Part shown: positions 1 through 9,120 of the stretch, one piece after another | Layout of the letters: each line of letters opens with the position of its first letter | Position numbering within the stretch: position 1 is the first letter of the stretch | Assembly: GCA_963801675.1 (NCBI GenBank) | Contig: CAWDFN010000001.1 | Coordinates: 4,439,427-4,503,426 of the forward strand | Direction of reading: 5' to 3' | Source: an uncultured Planctomycetia bacterium | GTDB taxonomy: Bacteria > Planctomycetota > Planctomycetia > Pirellulales > PALSA-1355 | Length of the DNA: 64,000 nucleotides | Notes under the pieces: model-generated | What the model was told of the DNA's origin: nothing | The model's database searches: none | The model's input: only the letters and a program-made list of their open reading frames with translations | Translations under genes and position numbers: made by a program

Positions 1-1
1 C

Positions 2-688
2 AACCAAAAGACTCCTTCCAATGGAGAGTCTTCTCTTAGTTCTTCATTCATTCAATCAATCAAGGATTTTTGGTTTGAGACTTGGGGAGAGCCGCTGCCC
101 GTCGTCATGCGTGCCGCGCGACTCTACGAAGCGATCGGAAACCCGAGGGACGCGCGCGGCGCCTCCATTCGCGCGATCATGGCGCTCGACTTCGGAGCGA
201 TCGACCAGGCCACGCTCGCCGAGCTGGTCGACAAGCACGCTTACGAGTTCGTCGAAGAGTTTCATCGCCGAGTAAAATCCTGCCCCATGGCGCCGGACGT
301 TGACGCTTGGGGGAAACCAGGCACGTTCAAGAGCCTGTTTAGGGGGCATTACAAGTTCCCGTGGAAGGACCACTGGAACGCGCCCCGCGTCGAGGACAAG
401 CCCCCCAAACCCAAACCGCGCGAGGAGGCGCCGATGGCCGAACGCAAATTTCAAAGCGCGGAAGAGGCCGCCGAGGAGATGGAGGACCGGTTTATCGCTC
501 GCCGCTGCATGGTGTGCGGCGCCGAATCGGGAAGCGAGCCGCTGTTGCCGCCCGGCTGGTCGTTCCTCGTCTACGGCGAGGCCGCCGCACCCGACATGCA
601 GGGCAAGATCGCCGCGTTTTTCTGCCCCGACTGCGCGGGCACGCTCGACGTCCCCGAGGCCCGCAACTACGGCAAGGATTTGAACTGA
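2..688 (+). CDS. 5'-truncated phage protein (possibly replication-initiator C-terminus) with C-terminal CxxC..CxxC zinc motif
   Basis: The frame of ORF 107..688 is open back to the window edge (NQKTPSNGESSLSSSFIQSIKDFW...). AT-rich low-complexity stretch at 1-80. CMVC/CPDC motifs. A GAGGAGG before ATG 435 suggests an internal start or a second gene. Confidence 0.5.
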   Translation, partial: NQKTPSNGESSLSSSFIQSIKDFWFETWGEPLPVVMRAARLYEAIGNPRDARGASIRAIMALDFGAIDQATLAELVDKHAYEFVEEFHRRVKSCPMAPDVDAWGKPGTFKSLFRGHYKFPWKDHWNAPRVEDKPPKPKPREEAPMAERKFQSAEEAAEEMEDRFIARRCMVCGAESGSEPLLPPGWSFLVYGEAAAPDMQGKIAAFFCPDCAGTLDVPEARNYGKDLN

Positions 689-691
689 TCA

Positions 692-736
692 TCGTACATT
701 CGCCGCCGGTCGTACCGGCCGCGGGCCGCGTAGGCC
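692..736 (+). repeat. Cruciform repeat, right arm only
   Basis: TCGTACATTCGCC-GCCGGT-CGT-ACCGGC-CGCGGGCCGCGTAGGC, nearly identical to the right arm at 2305-2348. Confidence 0.85.
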
Positions 737-807
737 AGTTTTTCTGAAAGGAGGAACCGACAGGAGTTTTTCTTACCCGTTTGGTAACCATTTTTCGAGG
801 ACCAACC

Positions 808-2255
808 ATGAACGCCTTTGCCATTGCCCTGATGATCGCCGTCGCGATCGTCGCCGGCGAGCCCAGCCAGGCCGCCGAACCTTTGAAAGCCGCTGCGTCT
901 TTGAAAGCGACGGGGCCCACGCGCGACGCGATCGCGCTGGCCACGATCGTCAACGACGACACCGATACCGACTGGTCCGAGTTCCGCGTGCTTTCCTTTG
1001 CCAACCTCGACCCGGTGCGCAAGCCGCGCGTGAAAGGGGACGTCAAGTTCATCGTCGAGACGCTGAACCGTCGCACCGAGCGGGCCGAGATCCGCGAGCT
1101 CTCCGACAGCCTGTGGGCCGTCAACGTCAAGCAGCTCAAGTGGCGCGGCCGCCACTGGGAGGATCTGGCCAAAAAATGGCCCTACCACGACGCGGTGCCC
1201 GAGCGGGCGCGCAAGTACCTGGCTGCGAAGTTCGAGACGAAGCATCCGATCCTGCGAGCCGACGTGTTCGCCCAACAGGCCTGGCAACCCGAATGGTACG
1301 CCAAGCTTTTGGATTTGCCGACGACGCGCGACAAGCTGCTCGACCAGGTGGGGCTCGACGCCGACTGGCCGAAGCAGATCCAAGCGATGGGGATCGTGCC
1401 CGAGTCGGGCGTGCAGGACAACCCGCGCAAGGTCGCGTATCTGCAGGGCCGCAGCGTCGCTGGAAAGCAGCGGGGCATCCCGCTCGATTTCTTCGTGACG
1501 ATGAACTACGAGGACCTCCGCGGCAAGAACGACAGCCTGCGCCATCCCACGCAGGTCGACTGCAACTACAACGAGATCGCGATCGAGGCGCCCAACGGCC
1601 TCGACTTTTACTTCGCCAACGCCGGCGGCGGCGGGATCGCCGAGCGCGATCGCATCACCGACGAGCTCGTCGATCGAGTGGGCAATGGCGACTCCCGGAT
1701 GGGCGGGCTGGTCAAGCAGATCCCGCTGCGCGCCGGCGCGACCACGTGCACGACGGCCAGATCCTGCTGGGCATGAGCTGCGTCGGCTGCCACGCCGGCG
1801 GGGCCCAGGATCTCTCTGAGAAGCTGGCCCAGGTGTCGCTGTTGCGTTTCGACGACGCGAAGATGACGCCCAAGCGCATCGGCGAGGTGTTCGATAACGA
1901 ACTGCTCGCCCGCCGCGCCCGCCGGGCCGGCTTGCGCTGGACGCGATCGCTGCGCGCGATCAACGGCCGCGCGCCCGACGAGAACCAGGCCTCGTGGCAG
2001 GCCACGCAGGCCGAGTTCGCCGCCGACGTCGACCTGGCCAAGGCCGCCGCCGAGCTGGGCGCGACCGAGGCCGCGTTGACCGCGTCGATCGAACGATGGC
2101 TCGCGAGCAATCGCGATCCGCTGGTGACCGCGATTGTCGAGCGCCCGATCACGCGCGAGCAGTTCGAGCAGATTTTCCCGACCCTTCGCCAAATGTGGCA
2201 GGGCCAAGACGAGACCGCCGTGGCCCGCGTGTTCGCGGGCCGGGGAATTCAATAG
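808..2255 (+). CDS. Secreted c-type heme-binding (CxxCH) protein, split by one frameshift near 1740
   Basis: ATG 808 after GAGG, with signal peptide MNAFAIALMIAVAIVAG. ORF 781..1776 continues in the frame of ORF 1113..2255 (DHVHDGQILLGMSCVGCHAGG). CxxCH at 1779-1793. Confidence 0.65.
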
Positions 2256-2257
2256 GA

Positions 2258-2348
2258 GCCTCCGGCGGCGGCCGAGCCGGCCGGGGCGATATACGAGGAA
2301 GTCTTCGTACATTCGCCGCCGGTCGTACCGGCCGCGGGCCGCGCAGGC
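2258..2348 (+). repeat. Cruciform repeat, full copy
   Basis: GCCTCCGGCGG-[CGGCCG AGC CGGCCG]-GGGCGATATACGAGGA..TCTTCGTACATTCGCC-[GCCGGT CGT ACCGGC]-..GCCGCGCAGGC. Confidence 0.9.
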
Positions 2349-2365
2349 CAGGTCGTGAACTGATT

Positions 2366-2591
2366 TTGAAAACAACCCACTTGGCCCACCCGAAGGGAGA
2401 CGCCGTCGTCAACGAAACGCAGTCGCGCTGAAACTGGATGCGTAGAAGTTGGGCTCGGTAGTGTTGCCGATCGCTATGCGAGTTGGCCTACGAGGCAAGG
2501 CGTCCTGACCAACACGTGCACGCCGCTCTGCAAAAGTGCCCAGCGAGACGAACGACCTTTCAGCGGGGTCGGCCAAGTGAGTTGTTTTCAA
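2366..2591 (+). ncRNA. Candidate large structured RNA / 5' leader (or MITE) upstream of parB
   Basis: 21-bp terminal inverted repeat with 20/21 pairs (2366-2386 / 2571-2591) enclosing many nested short helices and a GACGCC/GGCGTC pseudoknot candidate. Confidence 0.55.
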
Positions 2592-2614
2592 TCAAAACCC
2601 CCAGGAGAAAACCC

Positions 2615-4525
2615 GTGATCACTGCCAAAGCACCGAAGCGACCGAAAAGTGAAAAGGCCCTGGCCGACGACGCCAGGCGAAAGCCCGTCGTCAAAAACGA
2701 GACGGCGCGGCGCATGATCGCCGAGCATTCCCGCGAGAATGAACTTGCAGCGATGGGTCTGCTCGGAACCTCGACGCCGGCAGGCATCGCAGCCAATGGC
2801 CAGGCCGAGGCGAACAGCGGACCACCGGTAGCGTTCGGAAAACTGAATGGTGCGAAAAAAGAAAAACCCTCCGGGGGCGGCCGAGCCGGCCGTGGCGGTA
2901 TACGAGGAAATGCTGATCCATCTGCCCTCGTAGATTCGCCGGCGGCCGTGCCGCCCGCCGGCCGCGCAGGCCAGTCTGCTTCGTCCGCCGTCGTCAGCCG
3001 CGAGGCGAGTGTCTCGATCCATCAGATCGTCGTGTCGAAGAAAAACCCGCGCAGCGACTTTGACGAAGCCTACATCGACGAACTGGCCGCGAGCATCCAG
3101 GAGCACGGCCTGCTGCAATCGCTGGTGGTGCGGGCGCTGCCCGAAAAAGCGCACCACTACGAGCTGATCGCCGGCGAGTGCCGGCTGCGCGCGTGCAAAA
3201 AAGCCGGACGCCACGCCGTGGAAGTGAAGGTGCTCGACGTCGACGAGCGGACGGCGGACAAATTGCGCGTGATCGAGAACCTGCACCGCCGGAACCTGAA
3301 CGCGATCGAGGAGGCCCGCGGGTTTCAAAGCCTGTGCGCGGAGCACGGCTACACGCACGACGCGCTGGCCGCCGAGCTGGGCTGCTCGCAGGGTCACGTG
3401 ACCAGTCGGATCGGGCTTTTGAAGCTGCCGAAGGCCTGGCAGGACCGGATCATTACGCGCGAATTGCCGCCCACCCACGGCCGCGCGATCATCAAGTACG
3501 CCGCGTATCCCGAGATTTTGAAGCAGATCGAAAAGGACTGGTGCGAAGAAGGCTCGGAGCCGCCCGCCATCGACTATCGGACGTGGGAGCAGCAGGTCGA
3601 GACGGCCGCGGAGATCGCGACGAAGCAGATGTCCGGCCGATCGCACGTGCGGAAGAACAAGACCAGCCACGAGCACCTGTCGGGCAACGTGCCCAACTTC
3701 AACGAAGCCCAGCGCGCCGGGCTCAAGGTGATCAAGATTGGCAGCGGCAAGCAGGCCCACGAGCGGGCCGCCAACGTCGCGCTGTGGGAGCAGCTCTGCC
3801 GCGCCGCCTGGGAAAAGCAGGAAGCCAAAGCCGGCGCCAAGCGCGAGAAGGAGGCGGGCAAAGCCAAGGCCAAGGAGAAGACGCCCGCCGAGCGGTGCGC
3901 GTCGCAGGCCAAGCTCGACAAGGCCCTGCGCGAATGGATCGAGAACTGGCGCACCGACTGGCTGCGCCGCATCCTGAGCGCCCTCGTGCTGGAGGATCGC
4001 ACGCTGGCCGGCCGCGCGGTGCTGATGGGGCTGGCCTACGGCAGCGAGCGCTTCGTCGCCAATTGCGACGAGCGCGTCGAGGAGCTGATCGAGCCCTGGA
4101 CCAAAGGCCTCAGACAAGAGCAGGCCGTGGCCGCGGTCGAGCCCGACAACGTAATCGAGGTCCTCGCCCAAGTTGCCAGCGAGTGGGTGTGGAACGATTT
4201 GCAGGCCGAGAAGGAGCCCGGCAGTTGGCACGGCCGCGCGCTCCACGAGGACGCGATCGAGGCCCTGGCCGAATCCGCCAAGATCGACCTGGCCGAATTC
4301 TGGGCAGTCTCGGCCGACGACGAGGCGCCGTATGCCGAGCAGCTCTTCAATCGCCACACCACCGCCGACCTGGTCGCGTTGTGCGAGGAGCTGAAAGTCA
4401 AAACCGGCGCCACCAAAAAGACCGAGCTGGTCGCCGCCCTCGTCGAGTCAGAGGCCACGTGGAAACGCCTGCCCAAAGCGATCAAGCCGGTGGCAATCAC
4501 GACGAAGACGAAGCGGAAGAAGTGA
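2615..4525 (+). CDS. ParB/RepB/Spo0J-family protein with long C-terminal extension
   Basis: NPRSDFDEAYIDELAASIQEHGLLQSLVVR...YELIAGECRLRA...IENLHRRNLNAIEEA, then HTH (THDALAAELGCSQGHVTSRIGLLKLP). GTG 2615 follows AGGAGA. Confidence 0.9.
   Translation: MITAKAPKRPKSEKALADDARRKPVVKNETARRMIAEHSRENELAAMGLLGTSTPAGIAANGQAEANSGPPVAFGKLNGAKKEKPSGGGRAGRGGIRGNADPSALVDSPAAVPPAGRAGQSASSAVVSREASVSIHQIVVSKKNPRSDFDEAYIDELAASIQEHGLLQSLVVRALPEKAHHYELIAGECRLRACKKAGRHAVEVKVLDVDERTADKLRVIENLHRRNLNAIEEARGFQSLCAEHGYTHDALAAELGCSQGHVTSRIGLLKLPKAWQDRIITRELPPTHGRAIIKYAAYPEILKQIEKDWCEEGSEPPAIDYRTWEQQVETAAEIATKQMSGRSHVRKNKTSHEHLSGNVPNFNEAQRAGLKVIKIGSGKQAHERAANVALWEQLCRAAWEKQEAKAGAKREKEAGKAKAKEKTPAERCASQAKLDKALREWIENWRTDWLRRILSALVLEDRTLAGRAVLMGLAYGSERFVANCDERVEELIEPWTKGLRQEQAVAAVEPDNVIEVLAQVASEWVWNDLQAEKEPGSWHGRALHEDAIEALAESAKIDLAEFWAVSADDEAPYAEQLFNRHTTADLVALCEELKVKTGATKKTELVAALVESEATWKRLPKAIKPVAITTKTKRKK
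2867..2971 (+). repeat. Cruciform repeat, full copy, in-frame within parB
   Basis: Same architecture; right hairpin GGCGGC CGT GCCGCC. Confidence 0.85.
3451..3466. promoter_or_regulatory. parS-like palindrome copy 1 (CATTACGCGCGAATTG), inside parB
   Basis: One mismatch to the CATTWCGCGCGWAATG consensus shared with 6525, 13383 and 20094. Confidence 0.55.
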
Positions 4526-4561
4526 GCCACAGAGGGCACCGAGGTACGAGAGGACGCGACG

Positions 4562-4702
4562 ATGAAATACCAACTCGAACTTGGCGAGGAGGATCGACAG
4601 CTGATGCTGCTCGCGCTTGCGAAATTGAAACACGAGCGCCCGGGCTGGGACGATGCGATCGAAAGAATTGAAGAGCGGTTGGCGCCGCCGGCGGAACGCT
4701 GA
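4562..4702 (+). CDS. Small hypothetical protein (46 aa, MKYQLELGEEDRQLMLLALAKLKHERPGWDD...)
   Basis: ATG 4562 after GAGAGG, protein-like sequence, TGA at 4700-4702. Below the ORF-track cutoff. Confidence 0.55.
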   Translation: MKYQLELGEEDRQLMLLALAKLKHERPGWDDAIERIEERLAPPAER

Positions 4703-5742
4703 TCGCGGGCAGCAACGCCGCGACGACGTTTGCAGCCGGGCTGGTGATCAACAATTCGACGACCAACGGTACGGGTCTGACGATCACGGGCAATGGGTCA
4801 GCGTCGGCGATCTCGGCAATCGGCGGCAGCACGGGCAACGGCATCACCGTCTCGGGTGGCGCGACGAGCGGGCATGGCATCCAGTTCACGGGCACGGGTA
4901 CCGGCAAGGATGCGATCAATGCGACGGGTGGCAACAGCGGCGGACATGGCCTGTCCCTCACGGGCGGCAATTCGGGTTCGGCCCTGTTCGCCGCCGGCGG
5001 CTCGAATTCCAACGGGATCGAATGTTTTGGCGACGGCGTGTCGGACGGCTTCGCCGCCACCGGCGGCGCGACGGGGCGCGGCATTCACGCGCTGGGGGGC
5101 ATCACGTCCGGCGCCGGCGCTCGCTTCGAAGCACGCGCCGGCAATAGTCCGGGGTTTCATGCAGTCGGATTTCTGGCGGGCTGCGGGATGTTGCTCGACG
5201 CCGGCGCCACGGGGGATGGCTTCAAAGCAGCCACGACCGCCGGGGTGCCGTTCCGCGCGGACATCACGGGCAATCTGACCGGAACCGTGCTGGCGTTGGA
5301 TTCGGCCGAGCGGACGGCGATCGCCGACGCGGTCGAAACTGCCATCGTCAACGGTACGGACACGGCGGCGGTCAACGCCGCCATCGCCTCGGCCGTGTGG
5401 AAGGACGCCACCGCGGGCGACTTCACGATCGCCTCTTCGATGGGCAAGAAACTCAGCGACTGGTCGCCGACCGCCGACACCTCGGGGGTGACCACGCTGC
5501 TGGGCCGCATCCCGGGCGCGATCACGCTCTCAGGCGGCAAGGTGCAGCTCGACCTGACCCAGGCCGTGCCGACCAGCAACACCGCGCAGACCGTGGGCGA
5601 CGCGCTGAACGCGGCGCGCGCCCAGGGATTCGGCAAGTGGGTCATCAGCGGAACCGCGTTGACGCTGTACGCCGCCGACGGCTCGACCGTGGTCAAGACT
5701 TTCACCCTCAACTCGGCCACCGCGCCGACGAGCCGGCAATGA
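4672..5742 (+). CDS. Gly/Thr/Ala-rich virion structural (fiber-like) protein, probably 5'-truncated
   Basis: Repeated G-x-G-I/L-x-x-x-G-G beta-solenoid-like units. The frame is open from 4672 (AVGAAGGTLIAGSNAATTFA) with no good start or RBS. Confidence 0.6.
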   Translation, partial: RAVGAAGGTLIAGSNAATTFAAGLVINNSTTNGTGLTITGNGSASAISAIGGSTGNGITVSGGATSGHGIQFTGTGTGKDAINATGGNSGGHGLSLTGGNSGSALFAAGGSNSNGIECFGDGVSDGFAATGGATGRGIHALGGITSGAGARFEARAGNSPGFHAVGFLAGCGMLLDAGATGDGFKAATTAGVPFRADITGNLTGTVLALDSAERTAIADAVETAIVNGTDTAAVNAAIASAVWKDATAGDFTIASSMGKKLSDWSPTADTSGVTTLLGRIPGAITLSGGKVQLDLTQAVPTSNTAQTVGDALNAARAQGFGKWVISGTALTLYAADGSTVVKTFTLNSATAPTSRQ

Positions 5743-5909
5743 CCCCCATACCTACACCCAATCCCATCACCCAGGGCCTGGGCGTCGGGCCGACGATCAT
5801 CACGCAGGGCTTCGGCGCCAGCGCTGCGCCGCGAGCGGTCTTCCAACTGGTCTTTTACATCCGGCCCGAGGTTGACCTGGTCTTCTACGTATTGCAGAGC
5901 TCGACCTGA
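5739..5909 (+). CDS. Small phage protein (MTPIPTPNPITQGLGVGPTIITQGFG...)
   Basis: ATGA overlap with the upstream stop; internal ITQG repeat. Confidence 0.55.
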   Translation: MTPIPTPNPITQGLGVGPTIITQGFGASAAPRAVFQLVFYIRPEVDLVFYVLQSST

Positions 5910-5929
5910 CGCTCGAAGGTTAAACGCGC

Positions 5930-6256
5930 ATGACCAACGGACACATCCACGTAGGCGACATTGGGACGCTGCTGACGTGTTTCTTCCGCAAGGCTGACGA
6001 GAGTGCATTCGACATCTCGGCAGCCACCACGAAGGAGATCAGCTTTGAGAAACCGGATGGAACCAGTTTCCACCGCGCGGGAACGTTTCTTGTCGACGGG
6101 GTCGATGGCGTGCTGACGTATGGCCTGGCGGCCGACGACATCGACGTCGAAGGCTATTGGTGGTTGCAGGGGCACGTGGTCTTTGGCGACGGGACCGATC
6201 TGCGCAGCGATCGGGTGCGCGTGAGAATCCGAAAAAACAACGCGCCGGAAAGTTGA
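5930..6256 (+). CDS. BppU-N-like phage structural protein
   Basis: IHVGDIGT...FDISAAT...FEKPDGT...GVLTY...DIDVEGYWWLQGHV pattern resembles baseplate-upper N-terminal-like domains. Confidence 0.55.
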   Translation: MTNGHIHVGDIGTLLTCFFRKADESAFDISAATTKEISFEKPDGTSFHRAGTFLVDGVDGVLTYGLAADDIDVEGYWWLQGHVVFGDGTDLRSDRVRVRIRKNNAPES

Positions 6257-6401
6257 AAGAGAGCGGGTGACCGCGGAGCTGCAAACTCCGCGGCCACCCT
6301 GAGCACGACGACGTGACTGAGACGCCGCCATACCTACGAAACCCTAGGTTGGCAGCATGGCACCGAGAGACCGCAACGAAGACCCGATGCATTTTCGCCG
6401 C

Positions 6402-6450
6402 GGGTCCTTCCTAGCAGCCTTTTAGCCTTCGGCCCCTACGGGAACCGCCG
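6402..6450 (+). promoter_or_regulatory. Putative cos/packaging region (cosQ-like GGGTCCT)
   Basis: GGGTCCT at 6402-6408 is identical to lambda cosQ. It is followed by CTACGGG, in the intergenic gap just before the small terminase. Confidence 0.45.
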
Positions 6451-6486
6451 ATATTTACCACACAGTTACGTACGGCGTCCTCAGTG

Positions 6487-7025
6487 ATGGCCAAGAAGAA
6501 AACCCGCGGCAAAAAGCCGCGCGTCATTACGCGCGAAATGACGCCGCCGGAACTGCCCGAGGACGTGGTCGAGTTGGTCGTCGGGCTGCTGGTCAACTAT
6601 CGCAGCGTGCAAGTCGTGCGGCGCGAATGCCGCGAGCACGAGGAGCTCGGGTTGACCGACGAACAGACGGACGTCGCGATCGCCGAGGCCTCTCGGCGGA
6701 TCCGCCTGGCCGCGGCCGTCGACTTCGACCAGGAGCTCGGCAAAGCAAAAACGCGGCTCGAAGATTTGTTCGAGAAGGCCGACGTCAAGACTGCGCTGGC
6801 CATCCAAAAGGAAATCAACAAGCTGCTCGCGCTCTATCCGAAGAGCGGCGCGGCGCCGGGCCGGAAGCGCCGGACGATTCGGACGCGCTGGAGGAGCTGG
6901 CGGCGACCCGGGCCCACCTGGTGCCATTACTCGGCGCCGGCCCAGAAGAACTTGCGGACGACCCGCTCGACGAGATCGCCCGCCGCGTCGTGGCCCGATT
7001 CACCGCCCAGAGTACCCGTCGCTGA
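6487..7025 (+). CDS. Putative terminase small subunit (frameshift near 6860)
   Basis: Directly precedes TerL. The N-part (frame of 6484) joins the frame of 6627..7025 (PEAPDDSDALEEL...), whose TGA overlaps the TerL ATG. Confidence 0.6.
6525..6540. promoter_or_regulatory. parS-like palindrome copy 2 (CATTACGCGCGAAATG)
   Basis: Extends to a near-perfect 24-bp palindrome GCGTCATTACGCGCGAAATGACGC (6521-6544). Confidence 0.65.
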
Positions 7026-9100
7026 TGGTCAAAGCAGCCCGCACGAAGCAGTGGTACCAGAGCGAACGCGATCGCGTGCGCCGCTGGCGAAGCGCGCTCA
7101 GCGCGGCCGGCCGCGATATCGGCCGGCTGCCGCCGGTCGTCGACCCGAAGCGCAAGCAGGCCTGCCGCGACAGCCTCAAGCTGTTCGCCAAAACCTACTT
7201 CCCCGAAACGTTCGACCTGCCCTTTAGCGAGGACCACGACCAGGTCATTGAAATCATGGAGCGGGCCGTGCTCGAAGGGGGCCTGTTCGTCCTGGCCATG
7301 CCGCGCGGCAGCGGCAAGACCACGCTGTGCGTGGTGGCCGCGCTTTGGGCCGTGCTCTACGGTTATCACAATTTTGTGCTATTGGTCGGCGCCACCGCGG
7401 TCAAAGCCCGCGACATGCTCCGCACGATCAAGACCGAGCTGCGCACCAACGAACTGCTGCTGGCCGATTTTCCCGAAGTCTGCTATCCGATAGCCCGGTT
7501 GCAGGGCATCAACAACCGTTCGGCCGGCCAGACGTTTGGCGGCAAGCCGACGCTCATGGGCTGGACCAAGGACGAGGTCGTGCTGCCCACGATCGCCGGC
7601 AGCCCGGCCAGTAGCGCCATCATCGGCGTGGCCGGCATCCTGACCGCGTCGCGCGGCGGCCAGTTCAAGCGACCCGACGGCAAGACCGCGCGGCCGTCGC
7701 TCGTCATCCCCGACGATCCGCAAACCGACCGCTCGGCCAAAAGCCCCAAGCAGTGCGACACGCGCGAGGAGATCATCAAGAGCGGGCTGCTGCGAAGCGC
7801 CGGGCCCGGCAAGAAGATCACGATGATCATCCCCTGCACCGTGATCGCGACGGGGGACCTGGCCGACCGGATGCTCGACCGTCAGCTCAATCCCCAGTTC
7901 AACGGCCTGCGCACCAAGACGTTGTACGCGTTCCCGGCCGACATGAAGCTCTGGGAAGACTACGCCGAAAAACGCGCCGACAGCTTCCGCCAGGGCAACG
8001 AGGGGCGCGAGGCGACGGCGTTCTACAAGAAGAACCGCAAGGCCATGGACGCCGGCGCGAAAGTCGCGTGGCCCGACCGGGTCGAAGAGGGGGACCTCTC
8101 GGCGCTGCAAACGGCGATGAACGTCTACCTATCCGACCCGCGAGCCTTCGGCGCCGAGTATCAAAACGAACCGGTCATCGTCGCCGCGGCCGCGGCCATC
8201 AAGCTGTTGACCGCCGCGGAGATCACGCAAAAGCTGAACCATCTCGATCGCGGCGCGTTGCCGCAGTTCGTCTCGATCGTCAACGCCAAGATCGACGTGC
8301 AGCAGGACGTGCTGTTTTGGCTGATCGCCGGCTGGAGTGGCGACTTCGACGGCGCCGTGCTCGACTATGGTACCTGGCCCGAGCAGGACCGGGCCTACTT
8401 CACGTTGACCAGCCTGGCCCGCACGATCGGCGACGAGATCCCCGACGCCGCCAGTCTCGAGGAGCAGCTCTACCAGGCCCTCGACACGCTCGTTGATCAA
8501 CTGCTGGCCCGCGAGTTCCGCCGGGCCGACGGCGCCATTCTCAAGATCGGCCGATTGCAAATCGACGCCAGCTACGAGACCAAAACCGTCAAGAAGTTTT
8601 GCCGGCAATCGAAGCACGCCGCGCAGTTGTTGGCCAGCCATGGCCGCGGCATCGGCGCCAAGGACCGCCCGATCAGCCAGTGGGCGAAGAAGGAAGGGGA
8701 GCGCCGCGGCGAGGAATGGGTGATTGGCCGGGCCACCGACGTGCGAGGCCTGCGCCACCTGACGTTCGACACCAACCACTGGAAAACCGAAACGCAAAAG
8801 CGCTTTAGCACCGCCGCCGGCGGCCGCGGAAGCCTCGCCATTTTTGGCAAACGGCCCGGCGAACACCGCATGTTTGCCGACCACAACACGGCCGAGAAGC
8901 CCGTGATGGTCGCGGCCAAGGGGCGTGAAGTGATCGAGTGGCAGCTGCCGCCGAACAAGCCCGACAACCATTGGAACGACTGCCTGGTCGGCTGCGCCGT
9001 CGACGCCTCGATCGAGGGCGCCGCGGTGCTGGCCGGCAAGGCCCGCCCACCACGGCCGCCCCGGCCATCCCGACGCAAACGTGTGTCCTACATCGAGTGA
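7025..9100 (+). CDS. Terminase large subunit (GpA-like)
   Basis: Walker A MPRGSGKTT, Walker B region LVIPDDPQTD, nuclease IDVQ and C-terminal DNHWNDC. Confidence 0.9.
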   Translation: MVKAARTKQWYQSERDRVRRWRSALSAAGRDIGRLPPVVDPKRKQACRDSLKLFAKTYFPETFDLPFSEDHDQVIEIMERAVLEGGLFVLAMPRGSGKTTLCVVAALWAVLYGYHNFVLLVGATAVKARDMLRTIKTELRTNELLLADFPEVCYPIARLQGINNRSAGQTFGGKPTLMGWTKDEVVLPTIAGSPASSAIIGVAGILTASRGGQFKRPDGKTARPSLVIPDDPQTDRSAKSPKQCDTREEIIKSGLLRSAGPGKKITMIIPCTVIATGDLADRMLDRQLNPQFNGLRTKTLYAFPADMKLWEDYAEKRADSFRQGNEGREATAFYKKNRKAMDAGAKVAWPDRVEEGDLSALQTAMNVYLSDPRAFGAEYQNEPVIVAAAAAIKLLTAAEITQKLNHLDRGALPQFVSIVNAKIDVQQDVLFWLIAGWSGDFDGAVLDYGTWPEQDRAYFTLTSLARTIGDEIPDAASLEEQLYQALDTLVDQLLAREFRRADGAILKIGRLQIDASYETKTVKKFCRQSKHAAQLLASHGRGIGAKDRPISQWAKKEGERRGEEWVIGRATDVRGLRHLTFDTNHWKTETQKRFSTAAGGRGSLAIFGKRPGEHRMFADHNTAEKPVMVAAKGREVIEWQLPPNKPDNHWNDCLVGCAVDASIEGAAVLAGKARPPRPPRPSRRKRVSYIE

Positions 9101-9120
9101 ACCAACAGGAGCGCCCCATC

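Noticed and set aside
160-180. Other CGCGCG-centred sites (~170, ~2150, ~9405, ~28940) as extra parS-like copies
   Set aside because: Flanks do not match CATTW/WAATG and are not palindromic; expected by chance at this GC content.
2483-2614. parB start at TTG 2483 as in the ORF track
   Set aside because: It lies within the structured element and has no RBS; GTG 2615 has AGGAGA at proper spacing.
2588-4357. Long antisense ORFs (e.g. 2588..4357, 44514..45995, 35650..37194)
   Set aside because: Shadow frames of GC-rich genes with no motifs; the opposite strand holds the recognisable protein.
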